Of a stretch of 64,000 nt of DNA, positions 1-14,732 are shown piece by piece. How positions within the stretch are numbered: the first letter of the stretch is position 1; every line of letters starts with the position of its first letter. The position numbers were made by a program, and so were the translations under genes. A model generated the notes under the pieces. It saw nothing but the letters and a program-made list of their open reading frames with translations. It had not been told where the DNA came from and searched no databases. Source of the stretch: Piromyces finnis finn (lineage: Eukaryota > Fungi > Neocallimastigomycota); the NCBI GenBank assembly GCA_002104945.1, contig MCFH01000054.1:310001-374000 (forward strand). The letters run 5' to 3'.

Positions 1-1766
1 AAAAGAATATTTCTTTTAACTAAGGCTTTTAATTGATTAAGGTAGTAACCCTTTAATAAGATTTCAAAATTCATTATAAAGTTTTTTTTTTAAAAATTCA
101 ATATAATATATATATTGTAGTATTTGAGTTGTTAAATAGGAATAATATAAGGAAATATTCATATTAATTATTTGCTCTTATATTTATTTAAAGTAATGAC
201 AATATACTAAAAATAATAATAATATATTTACCATGTTTATTATTGATAATTTTTTTTTTCTTTTCTTTGTTTGTTTTTTTTATTTCTAATACTTTTTATT
301 ATTGATTAAAAAAATTTGTTTGTTTATTTTTACTTTTGTTAGTTTGTTTGTTAGTTTGTTTATTGCTTTCTATATCAATTCGTACATAAATCACACTAAC
401 AATTCCTTTTTTTTTTATTATTTAATAAAAAAAAAAAAATTTTTCTTTTTTGATGTATTTATACTTTTTATTTTTTTAATATATTTTATTAAAATTTATT
501 TAAATTTTAATTATTTCAAAACATTTAAAAGATTAATTCAATTGGTTTTTTTTTTTTTTTTAATCAAATTTAAACAAGAAGTATTTGAATTTGAATGAAT
601 TTTAAAATAAATACATTAAAATTATATAAAATATACAAATATACTTATAAATAAAACAAAAAAAAGTAAAAAGAATGAATAAATACCTTTTCTTTTTTTT
701 TTTTTTTTTGATTCTGCGGTACAATTTCAATCTGAAATTTAATTAACTTTTTTATTTCAATTATCCTGCTTTAAAATATTAGATCGATTGGTTGATATAA
801 ATTAAATTGTGTAACGTTGAGAAAAGTCAAAATTTTAATATTTTTGGTTTAGAAAAAGATGATGTCACAAAGAAAAAAAAGAAAGATGATATAATATGAT
901 GATAATGCTTTTATATGAATTGATGATAAAACTTGTACTTTTCTTTTAATAATGATAGTTTTTTTATTTATTATTAACGTATATTTCATATTTAAAAATA
1001 TAATTTAAGATTACTTGATATAATTATCTTTTAATAAACACAAAATTTATCATCCATATAAAATGAAATGTTAAGAAGACATGTTTTTTTTTTTTTAAAT
1101 TTATTATTAATAAATAAAAGTAACATTATATTCAACAATAGTCAATGAAAGATTTCATTTTTCATTTGTATTGAGTTTTTTTTTTTTTTTTTTTTTTGAT
1201 ATTTAATTTTGATTTAAAAAGAATTATAAAAAAAGTTATATAGGTTAACTCTATTAGGTTAGAATTCAACAAATTATTATTTTTGACACTTTTTTCTCGT
1301 TTAATATTGAAATTTCAAAAGAAAGAATTGTTTGTATTACTATCAACACCATTAATTACTTTATTATTATGAAAATTAAACTATCAATGATATATATGTT
1401 ACTATTGCTATAAATTAATTTTTTTATCTATTCTTCACATTATCAATGTCATTATTGTAATAAAATGAAATAACTAAAAAAGAGTTATTTATTAATAATT
1501 TGAAATTATTGAATATTTATTTGTTTTATTTTTTATCAAAAATAAAAAAAAAAAAAAAAACTTATAATTAAATAAGTTTTTTAAATAAATAAATTATTTA
1601 TAATAGCCATTGAATTTTTTTTTTATTTATTTTTACAATTTCATTCCGGTATTATAAGGTATTAAAATATGATGCTAAATCTAAAGTATTATTTTAGTTA
1701 AAAAAAAAAAAACTAAAAAAAACTTTTCATTTGTTGATATTTAAATTCTTTCATTTTCCTTTTTAG

Positions 1767-4140
1767 TTACTGAGTAGAGGTATTATTATTATTATTATTA
1801 TTATTAGTAGCAGAAGTAGTAGTAGTAGCATTATCGATAGTATTTTCAACAGTAGTATGATCTTCATTGGAAGAAGATAAGTTAAGATTAATAATATGTT
1901 CAGTAGCTTCTTCCAATTCATTCCTTATTGAAATATTAGAAGTATTATCATGTTCATCATCATTCAAAACGACAACTTCATTACTTTCTTCAATAGCATT
2001 TAAGTTACCTTGTTCTTCCGATTGATTATTATTATTATTATTATTTTCATCAGCTAAACTTCTTCTAATTGCTTCTAAAAGCATTAATTCTTCTAAATCA
2101 TTTCCAAAGGTTTGAAGAGCTTTATAGTTAATTAGGATAATAAATTATAAATAATTAATAATTTAAAGTCATTATTTTCTTTATATAATTCAAAGTTATA
2201 TACATATATTTGAATTTCTTACTATGATTACGATGTTGACGATTTGAACTTGAATTTGTATTTGAATGTGAATGGGAGTGAGGATGAGAACGTGAATGAG
2301 AATGTGAATTTTGATTTTCTATCGGTAATTGGAAAAAGGCATCTAATAAAGCTAGAGCTGCATTATTGCTATTTTAATAAAAAAAAAATGTAAATTATTA
2401 TATTTAAAAAAAAATCAATTAAAATAATGTCTATAAAATATAATTTTATATTTTATTTTTTTAAAAATATTTACTTGACTTGAACATTAAAGTTTCTGAC
2501 TCTCATAGCTTCATTATAATAGGAAATATTTTAAAATAAAAATATTATTATTTAAAAGGATACATTACATATAATTATAAAATAACTATTAAATAATTAT
2601 TACCTTCTAAACGTTGTTGTTCTCTTTGATGTTGTTCATATTTTAACATCCATCCTGGGTAAATATCATCTGTAATTATATATTATTATACGTTATTTTA
2701 CACCAAAAAATCAATAATTTATATATAAAAAAAAAAAAAATAAAATAAAATAAAAATTAAAAGAATAAATAGTTTTAATTATTTATAATAACAAATATTC
2801 AATTAAAATTTATATATATATATATATATTAAAAAAAAAAAAAAACTATTTACCAGTAGATACAATATGTGGATCAGTATAACTAATACTATTCTTTCTT
2901 TTTTTTCCTGGGGTAGATCCTTGAGATAAAAGTTTTTCATATTCAGGATCATGTTCTTCCTTTGATTTTACCAAAATATTATATTGTTCATAATATTCTT
3001 CTGAATCAGGTGATAAGTAAGTAACACCAAAGTTTGATTGTACACAATATGGACAACTTTTATGTACATATGTATATAAATTCAATATTAAATAATATAA
3101 ATAGAACAATGAATAAATAATAATAATGAATAAATAAATAAATATGATATAGGATATATACCAAGTTGGCTCAGGATTTTGAAAAGTTCTTTTAATTTGA
3201 ATAAAACATTCTGTACAGATAGGTTGATCACAACAACGAGTATAATTTATATTTCTTGGATAATACTATTGATGAAAAAGAAAAAATGAAAATAAATATT
3301 TAGATATATTCAATTAGATTTTATGTAATATACATATAATATGACAAATATAAAAATATATTTATTCATTTGTTCTATCTGATTTAGAAACTATATACTA
3401 ATATATATATCATAATGATCATAAATAATTTTTAACATTCTATTTTCAATAATTTCAAGATATTTATATATATATATAATAGAAAAATCGCTGGCTGGGC
3501 GAATAAAAAAATGAAAATTATAAACAAAATTTATCATAATTAAAACACTTACCAAAAAACAAATTGGACATTCAATTGGATATTTGAAGAATTCTTCTTT
3601 TGAATAGAGAGGGTGTTCAGGTTCAACTTTTAATGAATTTTGATGAGAATCTGGAGTTATTGGAGAAGAAGAAGTGGAGGCGTCATCAACATCTGATTTG
3701 TATGAACCTCTTCTATTTTTCATTGAAGAAAATGAGCTATGTCTACTTCTTCTACGACTACTATCCAACGAACCCTTTCGTGAAACTCTTGTTTTAGAGC
3801 ATTGACTTCCTGTATCATCGTTGTTTTCTGTACTACTTGCAATTGAAAGTGTTGGTTCATAGGGTTGGGTTGAAGGAATTGTTAAATTATCTGGTGTTGA
3901 AGTTGCTGAAGATGGAAAAGGATTATCAGAATAATCTTCCATTCCCTTATAAAAAGGACTAAGCTTCTTTTTTAAAATAAACTCTCTAACAACATCAATA
4001 TCATATTCAGGTTGGGCTGTGTAAATTCCATGAGTAACTAATGATCCATAGTTTATTCGTTGATCGATAAATTCTTTACTTTTTTTTCTACGTGAATGTG
4101 AACTGTAGTCATCACTTCTTTTAGTATTTGAATTTCCCAT
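1767..4140 (-). CDS. SIP5: SIP5-like RING-finger protein (Snf1/Reg1-interacting family), 7 exons, ~497 aa
   Basis: Hand-spliced exons 4140-3553, 3265-3162, 3056-2854, 2669-2604, 2508-2475, 2368-2223, 2119-1767 (all GT-AG, total 1494 nt, in frame). Starts MGNS (Gly2). Contains LSPFYKG, RING-like [27 protein letters not shown]...CPYC, and DLEELMLLEAIRRSL, all typical of fungal Sip5. Confidence 0.85.
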
Positions 4141-6033
4141 TATAGACTATATATATTATTTTGAAAATGTCGAAAATTATTATATACTATTGGAATTTTG
4201 GATTATATAAATATATAAATATATATTAATTCCTTTTTGTTATATTAAATAATAATAACAACAATAAATTGAATAAACTATTTATTTTTTCTTAAAAAAT
4301 AATATTCAATTTAATGTTTTAAATTTCAAATGTTTTATTTTTATTTTATTTTTTATTTATATTTGTTAAGCTTTTTATAAATTTGTTATTTATTGTTTCT
4401 TCTTCTTCTTCTTCTTTCTTGTTTAATGTTTATTTATTTATTTTTTTTTTTGGGCAATTATACTGAAATGAAAAATGGAATTTTAATTTAAAATTTACAA
4501 TTAAACTATGTTTTTTTTTTTTTTTGTTTGTTTATTTTGTTTGCATTTAAAATTTAGATAAATCTTTCCTTGTATATTCGTTTTTCCTTTCAATACATAA
4601 TGTGAAAGAAATGGGAGAGAAAAAAAGTTTTAAAAATAATCAAAAGTTAAAGTAAAATAAAAAAAATAAAATAAAAATAAAAATTGTTATTATTATTGTT
4701 GTTATTGCTTTTAAAGAAATTTGTTTCAAAGTATACTTTAGTAATTTTTTAAAAAAGAAAAAAAAAAGTATTTCTTATTTTTAAATACATAAATATATCT
4801 TACTCTTTTTTTTTTTTTTTCTTTCTTCTCAATGTTGTTTTTTATATGTAGGCATTAAGTATTCGAAAAAAAAAAAAAAATTTTATTTACAAAATTGAAA
4901 TTGTTCCAGTTTTTTGTCTAATTATTGTTTTTTTTTTAGCAAAAAAAAACTCCCTTTTTGTCTTTAATTATATACTTTATATTATGATTATGATTAATGC
5001 CAAAGTAAAAGCTTCCTTTTTTTATAATAATTTCTAAACAAGTTCTAAGGTTCTTCATAAAAAAAAGTTCAAAAAATAATTTTTTTAATTAATTTATAAT
5101 ATATTAATTATATACTATTTAAAATAATAACCGAAATAAAATAAATAAATAAAAATTATATTAAATAATTCAATAATAATATTAATATTTATTTACAAAT
5201 TTAGACTAATTATTTTTTTATAATAAATTTAAATGTTACAAATTATTTAATAATTAACATTTATATTCATTTATTTAATATAAATAAATTATTTAGTTAA
5301 TTATTTATTTATCTATTGATTTATTTATTCTTTGAATGTGGTTGCATTTGCTAATATATTATGAGTATATTGTAATATATATAAAAGCAATATATTTTTA
5401 AAAATTTAAACTTTAATTACTATTAAAATGAAATTTTTAAAAAAAATAAAAGTGAATAATACATCATAAGGATAAAAAAAAAAAAAGTACAAAAGAAAGC
5501 CAGTTTTACGAGTTTTACTAGAGTATTTATTAAAAAAGGAAGCATGAAACAATAAGAAATTACTTATTAAAAAATACATTAGGAAAATATTATAGTAAAG
5601 AAATATATTTTATACCTTAATTATTCTAGATAATATGGGAAATACTTAAACTACTTGTACTTTCAAAAATATATATTACTCTAATATCAATAAGCTTTTA
5701 TTTAATTAATCATAGCAATATATTATATGAAAACAAACATAAAAATGTTGATAGTACACAATATCATAAAGATGTTAATTATTCTATTATATAGTAATGC
5801 AATGAACTTTTAATACTATTTGTACTTTAAAAAAAACATTTTAATTAATCTTTATATGATTAAAAAAAGTTTATCAAAAACTTTTTAACAAGTAAATAAT
5901 ATTAATTATACACTATTAATGTATATAGTTTTTGTTACTATTGTTTTATTTAATATACAAAAATTGTATTAAATAGCAATGTGAATATATTTTAAATATT
6001 AAAACTTTTTTCTCATAATTAATGTAAATTATA

Positions 6034-6292
<259 letters not shown>

Positions 6293-7840
6293 TAATAAAA
6301 CAGAAATTAAATTATTAAATATAAATTTTATTATAAAAGGATTTAACAAAAAGGAAAATGTAATTATTGTAAATATTTACATATATTTACATATTATAGG
6401 CTACGTCAAAATAATAAATAACTGTCATGTTTCTAAAATCATATATATATAAAACGAATACTTTGAGTTGTTCAAAATTATTATATTAAAAAAAAAAAAA
6501 AAAGTTACAAAAAAAATGTATAATCTTTATAAATAATTAAAAATTACTTTTATCAAGTTAATTTTGTTTAGAGGAAATGTATATATATACTTTTTATTTA
6601 AATGTAATAAAATCAAAAGTATTAAAAATAAAAATGGGTAATGTTTGATAAACAAGAAAAGAAAAGGTATAAATGATAAATTAATTATATACATATTAGA
6701 TTGTTAATATAGATGAAATATTATAAGTGATTTTTAGATTATATAATGTTTATATGACTATTTCTTTTTATTCCTACTATTACAGATAGGTTTTTTTTTA
6801 AATACAAAATACTTTACATCAAATGCCCCATTTTGAATCACGTTATTACATTTAATTATGTAATATACATAGATAAATGCAATATAGAGTCAATGTAAAA
6901 TTAATATATATAAACAATTTAAATCATTATAATATTTCAACTTTATTTTAAAATTATTAATATATTATAATATATGTACTTCATATATTATTTAATAAAC
7001 TATTGTTTTAATAATTTTATCTTTTATGATGTTACTCAAATAGTTATCAAACTTTATATGTTATTTAAATTTATTGTATATAAAATAATAAATAAACATA
7101 ATATATTAATGTATATTAGAATATATTCATAATTAATATGTTCATATATTTATTCAATTTAAGAATACTTTCTAATATATTAAGTTTGGTAATACAAATT
7201 AATAATTTAATATATTTATATTAAATGAATATATTAATTGACTGATTAGAATATAAACAATATATTAATATATATAATAGAATTAATCAATTTCATATAT
7301 TATATATTTTGAACTTTTTTAGAATAATCAAAGTGTCAATAAGAAAGAGTAAGAAAAAAAAGCAAAAAAGGCAACAAAAATAATAAAAAAAAGAGTAATA
7401 ATCTACTGGTAACTGGTAATTTTTTTATTACTAAGAATACATAAAACATGACTTCAGAGTAATAGAATTTGCATAAATAGAATTTGTATTTATTATTTCA
7501 ATTCTAATATTTTACTCTCTCTATAGTGTGTATTACCTAAAATTTTTAATTCTTCAAATTAATTTATTGTATAATATATTGTAATACATTGTAATATATT
7601 TATTATAAATTTTATTTTGTGGTTTGTGGTATAAAACAAGTTTTTCTTTTTTTTATTTGTAAATATTATTAAAATATTAAAAATTTCAATTTTATTAATA
7701 AATAAAGTTTATTATTAAAAAAATTTTTATAAACTAAAATTTTTATTTTTTTTTTTTTTTAACTTCTTTTTTTTTACTAAGCAAAAATCTTTATAGAGAG
7801 TATTTATTTATTGTAATATTATTATAAAGGAAGGAACTAA

Positions 7841-7876
7841 CCACCACCATCACCACCACCACCACTACTACTACCC
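7841..7876. repeat. Short (CCA)n(CTA)n C-rich trinucleotide tract
   Basis: ccaccaccatcaccaccaccaccactactactaccc in a very AT-rich background. Confidence 0.85.
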
Positions 7877-8976
7877 TTACATTTGTATAATCAAAGTACC
7901 AAAAAAAAAAAAAAGACTTCAAAATTTATTATTTTCTTTTTTATTTTTATAATTAGTTTTAATTTATTAAGATAAAATCACATTTATTTATCATTATAAT
8001 ATTATTGTTATTTTAATAATAAATAAATAAAAGAAAAATTAAGAAATTAATATTTATTTTCATTAGACTTTTTGGAAGAGGGTGAAAAGAAAAATATATT
8101 TTTATTTTATAATATCCAATATTTAATTATACTATTTTTTTTTCTTTCCTTTTTTTTTTTTATCAAATTTGAAAGTAAAACCTCCAAGTTAAAAAAGAAA
8201 AAAAGAAAAAGAAATAATATATATACTTTAGATATCAAATATAATAATATTTATGATAAATTAAATTGAGTAAAATTTGTCAGTAAATATTTTGATTAAA
8301 CTGAATCCTTCTCGAATTATAATAAATAAAAAATTTTCAATAAATATAGATTATTATATATAATATCAAAATATACATTGAATTTTTTTTTTTTTATCAT
8401 CTACTTGACCGATTTTTCAACATTTGCTTTGTAAAAAAAATGTAAATATAGATATTTAAAAAACAAATATAGCAATAAAAAGATTACTAACTCATAATAT
8501 ATATATATATTATTGATTATTACTTATTCAGTGCAAGTAAATATTAGTGGAAAAGTAGAATAATATAAAGTATAAATCAATATTATTTTACATTTCAAAT
8601 TTTCAAGTAGTAATTCAATAAACAACAATTAATCTTTTTTTAAAAAAGAAAAAGGTTCAATCAAAATTCAAATATTTAATAAACTCGACTTTATATTTTT
8701 TAAAGTGATATTTGCTACAGTAAAAAAAAATATATATATATATATAAAAGAAAAAATAAATAAATAAATAATAATATAAAAAAAAATTAAGTAAAAAAAT
8801 TATTACGAAAAAATTGTTCAAATAATAATAATATACTGGATAACAATAATAAACGAAAAATACATGCATCATTAAATACCTAAATAAAACGGGAAAAAAA
8901 AATTTTTTTTTTGTTAAAGAAAACATAAATTTAATATAATTTAAAATAACATATTAATTTAAAATTCGCATAAATA

Positions 8977-10802
8977 ATGAATACTAAAATGTTCAATTCG
9001 AAGAAGGATGGAAATGAATTAAAATATACAGTAGACCAAGCCTTTTATCAAATTGGTTACGGTCCATTTCAACAAAATATGGCAATGCTTTCATGTGCTG
9101 GAATAGGTAATAAAGGATACGTCATAATAAAGTGTTTTTTTTCTTTCAAAGTAAGGTTTTTAAATTTTTAATTAATTGGCATTTAAAAACATTTTAAAAT
9201 AAAGGTTTAGGTTCATATCAAATAATATCATTTATAATAAATTTACCTAAAATAAAAGAGGCAATATCTTCAACGAATGATAATTTCATATGGGTTAATC
9301 CAATAATAGGACTATTTCTTTCTCAAATAATAGGAGGTTTTTATTGGACATATATAGGAAATAAATATGGTAAGTACAAATATACTTTGAACGTATTAAA
9401 AAATGTTATTCAAAAATAAATGGATTATTTCTAATGTAAATAAAATTATATGTATATTTTTTAAAGGCCGTAAAAAAGCATCAATTTACAGTGTATTTTT
9501 AAATTTAGTTAATAATATTTCATTCTTTTTTTTACCAACTTCTACTGTATGGCTTAATATTCATGCTATAGTGTTAGGCTTTAGTATTGGTACTAATATA
9601 TCAACTGATATTCAAATGTTTAATGATTTTACATTATGTCAAAAAATCAAATCATCCCATTTAATATGTATTCTATACTGGAAATTAATAAGTGGTAAGT
9701 TTTAAAAATATAAATATAAAATGTACATGAAAAAAAAAAAAGGATTACTAATTCATGTTAATATTTTTTATAATTAATTAAATCATATATTTATTGAATA
9801 AATTTTGTTTACACCTTCTATCCGTCGAATTATAATGTAGTAATGAGTGCATTTTTAGTTTCATTATTTGTTATTTCAGTAATGGGATTAAAAGCAGGAA
9901 ATATTATAAATTCAGTATTAGCATTATCTGTTTTTTTAAGTAGAACAAGATGGCAATACGAATCACCAAGATATTTGGTGAAAGAACATCGTGCATACAG
10001 TGCTGCAGACACTCTCTATATATTAGCTGAAAAAAATAAAACAGAATTACCATTGGGTACACTTGATATGTATACAAAGGACAATATAAACAACAAATAT
10101 GAGGCTAATTCATTGGAATGTTTTAAACCTTCCGAGCTTAAAAATAATTACATATTTATTGCAATGTCTTATAGTTTTTCGTATACAATGTTTACCTTAT
10201 TAAATAATTTGGAAAGTCTTACAGAACAATTAAAAGAGACTTTTTCTGTATCCTTATTAGTTGTTTTCTTTGCTGTTATGGTCTTTACTGTTATTACTAT
10301 ATTCGCAATAACACCATCATCAATATTACCATATAATAAAAATATAATGATTATTACCTCCTTTTTAATGACAGCAATGATATTGGTGTTTGGTGCTTCA
10401 AAGAATTGGATATTTGTTTCATTATCATTAACATTAATGACTATATCATTCTTTATATCAGCTCTTTGTCTTATTACTCAAGCCATTAATAATACTTCAT
10501 CTAAATATAAACTTTCTGTACTCTCAATGATTGGTTATTGTTTAGTATTTGCTGGTTTATCCTCAACAGTAATAAATGAAATTTTAAGTAATCAATTTAA
10601 AACTGATTTCAGAATTCATTTCTTATTCTGTGCCTTCCTTACAGGTGTAGCAAACTTTTTAACCTTTAAGACTAGAAATTTCAATGAAATTACAAGAATT
10701 ATATCCTTGAATGAATATGAAGAGTTTATACCAGAAGATAAGGATAAAATATATTACACTACAAATAAAAGATCTTCTTATACTTTAAAAATAAATTTAT
10801 AA
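8977..10802 (+). CDS. MFS transporter, SV2/SVOP-like, 4 exons, ~494 aa
   Basis: Exons 8977-9106, 9205-9369, 9467-9694, 9841-10802 (1485 nt, in frame). N-terminal YTVDQAFYQIGYGPFQ resembles the SV2/SVOP start. Has the MFS loop motif GNKYGRKK, ESPRYL after TM6, and about 12 hydrophobic segments. Confidence 0.8.
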
Positions 10803-11143
10803 GAAGCAATATATATATGCAAAAAAAAAAAAAAAAAAAAAGTATTTATACAACAGGGTTTTTCTTTTTTTATTATTTAGTGCTTTTTTTTTTTTTTAAA
10901 TTATATTTATATATTAAAATTAAATATAAATCATAAAAAATAATTTGAAAAAAAAAAAAAAGAAGGAAAAACAAAAGAGAAAATTAAACAAGTGAATTCA
11001 AAACAAAAACATTCTATTCATTTTAAATTATAAATCATTTTTATCCATCTCAAATTTATTACCTATAATTTTTTTATTATAATTATCATTAATATATTAA
11101 TTTTTTTTAATTTTTTTTTTTTTTTATTCTTTTTTTATACTAG

Positions 11144-11177
<34 letters not shown>

Positions 11178-11796
11178 AAAGAAAGAAAGAAAGAAAAAGA
11201 AAAAAGAAGTCAAAAAAAAAAAAAAAAATAAAAATTAAAAAAAAAGAGAGGATTATATTTATAGATATTTCATAAATATAAAAGTTATGTTATTATAACC
11301 GTTTTACATAGATGATTTTACAAAAAAAAAAAAAGAAAAAAAAGAAAAAATATTTTTTTTTTTTTATACAAAATCAAAACCCAAAATCCTCTCTTTTTTA
11401 TATATATAATAAATTTCTATTTTTCTTTATAATTTACATTTTTTTTTTTTTTTCCACTAAAAAATTAAAAATAAAATGAAAAAAAAAAAAAAAAGGAAAA
11501 AAAAAAAAAAACAAGAAATACAACACTATATATATATTTTTTAATAAATAAAAAGTTAAAAAAAAAAAAAAAAAATGAACATCTGTAGTTCTTTAATAAT
11601 AAAACATTGTTTTTAATTTTTTATGATTTTTTTTTTCTTTTATTTTTTGTGATTTGTTTTATTAAAAAAAGATTAAAAAAAAATTTTTTTTTTTATTTTT
11701 TTTTTTTTTATTTCTTTTTTCTTTTTATTCTCGTTATATAAAATAAAAGGAAGAAAAGAAAAAAAAAGAAAAAGAAAATGGTAGAACCTATATTAT

Positions 11797-13937
11797 TTAC
11801 AGAGCAGTTTCTTCAAATTTTTCAATAAGATCATCCCAAAGATTTTTATTCTATAAAAGTTTTATTTTTTTTAAAAAAAAAAAATCATTAATAATAATAA
11901 TAATAATAGAAATATAAAAAGTAGTATTTAAAATGATAAAGAATAAAAAAATAAAAATAAAAAAAAAAAAAAATAAATAAAAACTTATATTGTTTACCTT
12001 TTGATAAGATTCCATTTGAATATCAATATAATCACTAAGATATTTACGGAAATCCATAATTTGGAAATTATCAAAGTATTCAATTTCTTTGGTAATATCT
12101 TCATCAAATTTTTTAGAATCTAATTCACTTTTTTCTACTTCTGGTTTAAGCTAAATAATGAAAAGGGGGGAAAAAATTAATAATCTTAAACTCCTATTTA
12201 AATAATGTATTTATATTATACAAATAAAAAAAAAAAAGTTATTTTATATATATATTTTTCTTTTCTACTTACATCTTCGATTTTCTTTTGAAGATTATTC
12301 ATTTTTTCTTCTCTTCTTAATTTAGGATCAGTACCTTTCATTTCATCATATTTACGACTTACAAATGAAGTAATACCTGAAGATATATGAGCTGGATTAT
12401 TTTCATACTTTTTATATTCATTATCATAAGATTTTAAGTAACTGGAAAGACCTTCAAAATCCATTTGTTTTTGATCTCTAGCTTTAAGTGTATCCTAGAT
12501 ATATATTTATAAAAAAAAAGAGGGCAAGTGTGAGAAAAAAAAAAAAAAAAAGTTAATTGATTTATTCATCCTTTATCAACTATTTCAACTATTATCAAAT
12601 ATAATATTATAAATAGTATGCTTTTACCTTATAAGATTGACAATAATTAATATATCCTTTAATATTTTCTATATATGAGTTTTCTTCTTTGGAAACCTAA
12701 AAACATACAAAAAATAAAAAATAAAAAAAGATTTTTAAATAAATATATATATATTTAACATTTATAATGATTTCTATTCTTTCCAAAAGAAAAAATTGAT
12801 TTTTTTTTTTTTTTTTTTTTTTTTACCTTTTCACCATAATTTCTAGAAACACTATGTAAGGTATTAGAAAATTCTTTAACAATAGATTCTAAATCAGTAT
12901 CAGTTTCTCCAAATTTTTCTGCTGCTATGGCAAATTCATTCATATGGTTTTCAAGTACTAAAGAAAATTAATATATAAATAAAATTGTGAGGAAGAAAAA
13001 AAATAGGGTTAATTACTAATTTATTAATAAAATACAAATAAATTGAAATTCCAGTAATAATAATAATAACATTAGTAATAATAGTAATAATAATATGGAT
13101 ATATAGATCTATAGTGTTACTAATCTTATATAATAAACTATAAATACATAAATAATAATAAAAAAAAAAAAGGTTTAAACATTTTACATTTTTCTTGTTT
13201 GATAATATTAGTATGAAGTTTTTCTACATGTTGTAAATTAACTTCTAAACGATCCAATTTTTCTTTAGCTTTTACAAATTTTTCATTAACATTTTTTATT
13301 TTTGAGAAACTATTTACAATAGAATCACTGATACCATCTAACATAGTATTATTATCACTTTTAGCTTGTTCAATAGCTCTTGACTGTAATAATTAAAAAT
13401 TAAAAAATGATGTTAATACAATATATATAAAATAATAAAAATAAAATTTAGAAATTAAAACGTAAAAATAAATGATAATAATAGATAATAGATTTATTAT
13501 TTTTATTTTTTTACCATATCGGTTGATTCCAAAAAATTTTTTAAAATTTCACTAGTCTGAATGACAGGGTGTCTAACAATACGTTGCATGTATACTTCTA
13601 ATAAACGACGTCTTCTTTCTGTAAATTCTGAACTAAAACGATCCCCAGTAATAAATGATTCTATTGACATTACGAATTTAATATATTGTGAAGGAATTAA
13701 CATTTGCATGTTTTTTTTTTTATTTATTTATACTTAAAAAATTTTTAAAACATTTATTTATTTATTTATTTATTATTACCTATAACTTTTTTTTCTGGTA
13801 ATGGTGGGATGATACAAGAAGGATAGGCACTAATAAGTGCATTGTTTAAATTTATAAAATCAGTAAAACGATGTCTGACTTCATTTTCAGATTTTGAATA
13901 AATATCTAAAGTGGTCTATCCAGTTTATTTTATTGGG

Positions 13938-13984
<47 letters not shown>

Positions 13985-14573
13985 GCATATGTATAGGTGT
14001 ATATATTATATTAAAATAAATAGTTGAATAGGTTTTAATTTATATTGAATTTGAATGAATATATATAAAAAGGTATAAATAATAAATATTTGTATTTAAA
14101 TATTTCATGATATATACTCTTGACTTAATTAAATAAGTGGTAAAGAATGTAGAACCGTCTCCTTCTTTTTGAGGATCACAAATTTCAACATAAAGTTTTT
14201 CTGAACTTGGAACTGTAAATGAAACGAATTTTTGTGGTTCTTCCACAAATTCCATCTTTTTATTTTTATAGTTTCGATATATTATTAATTAATATTTGAT
14301 ATTTGATAATAATAAAACAAAAGATAACGATAACAAAAATTTTTAGTATAACGAATATATTAATTTTGTAAGTGAAATATTTTTATAAATAAAAGGTTCG
14401 GGTTTATATATTTATTAAAAGACATTTGAAATTTACTTTTGATTCTTCTTCATTTTTTAAATTTTCTTCGGTTGGTGTATAACCTAATGCCATGTAAAAA
14501 TTGGTCCATTGAAAAACACCCATAATATATATATAATATAAATGTTTGGCATAAATAAATTTAGTTTATTCCC

Positions 14574-14610
<37 letters not shown>

Positions 14611-14732
14611 CTAATATTTATAATGGTGGTATTCTTTAAATAAAAAAAAAAAAAGAAGGAGAGTTGACTATAAATTATATTAGTATTCATACCAAAACCA
14701 GTATCCCATGTTATTGAATTGAAATCATCCAT
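11797..14732 (-). CDS. SNX4: Sorting nexin-4 / Atg24 (PX-BAR), 11 exons, ~443 aa
   Basis: Exons 14732-14693, 14483-14437, 14255-14118, 13915-13780, 13660-13515, 13383-13188, 12957-12827, 12696-12628, 12494-12273, 12150-11998, 11850-11797 (1332 nt, in frame). Start MDDFNSITW; PX motifs VRHRFTDF, IIPPLPEK, ITGDRFSSEFTERRR; BAR with RDQKQMDFEGLSSYL, characteristic of Snx4. Confidence 0.9.

Noticed and set aside
302-598. 98-aa F/I/L-rich ORF (similar ORFs at 8072-8269, 8657-8926, 19583-19957, 41827-42084, 46624-46893)
   Set aside because: These arise from T/A-rich noncoding sequence or are antisense shadows of real exons. Several start at TTG, and none has a domain or splice context.
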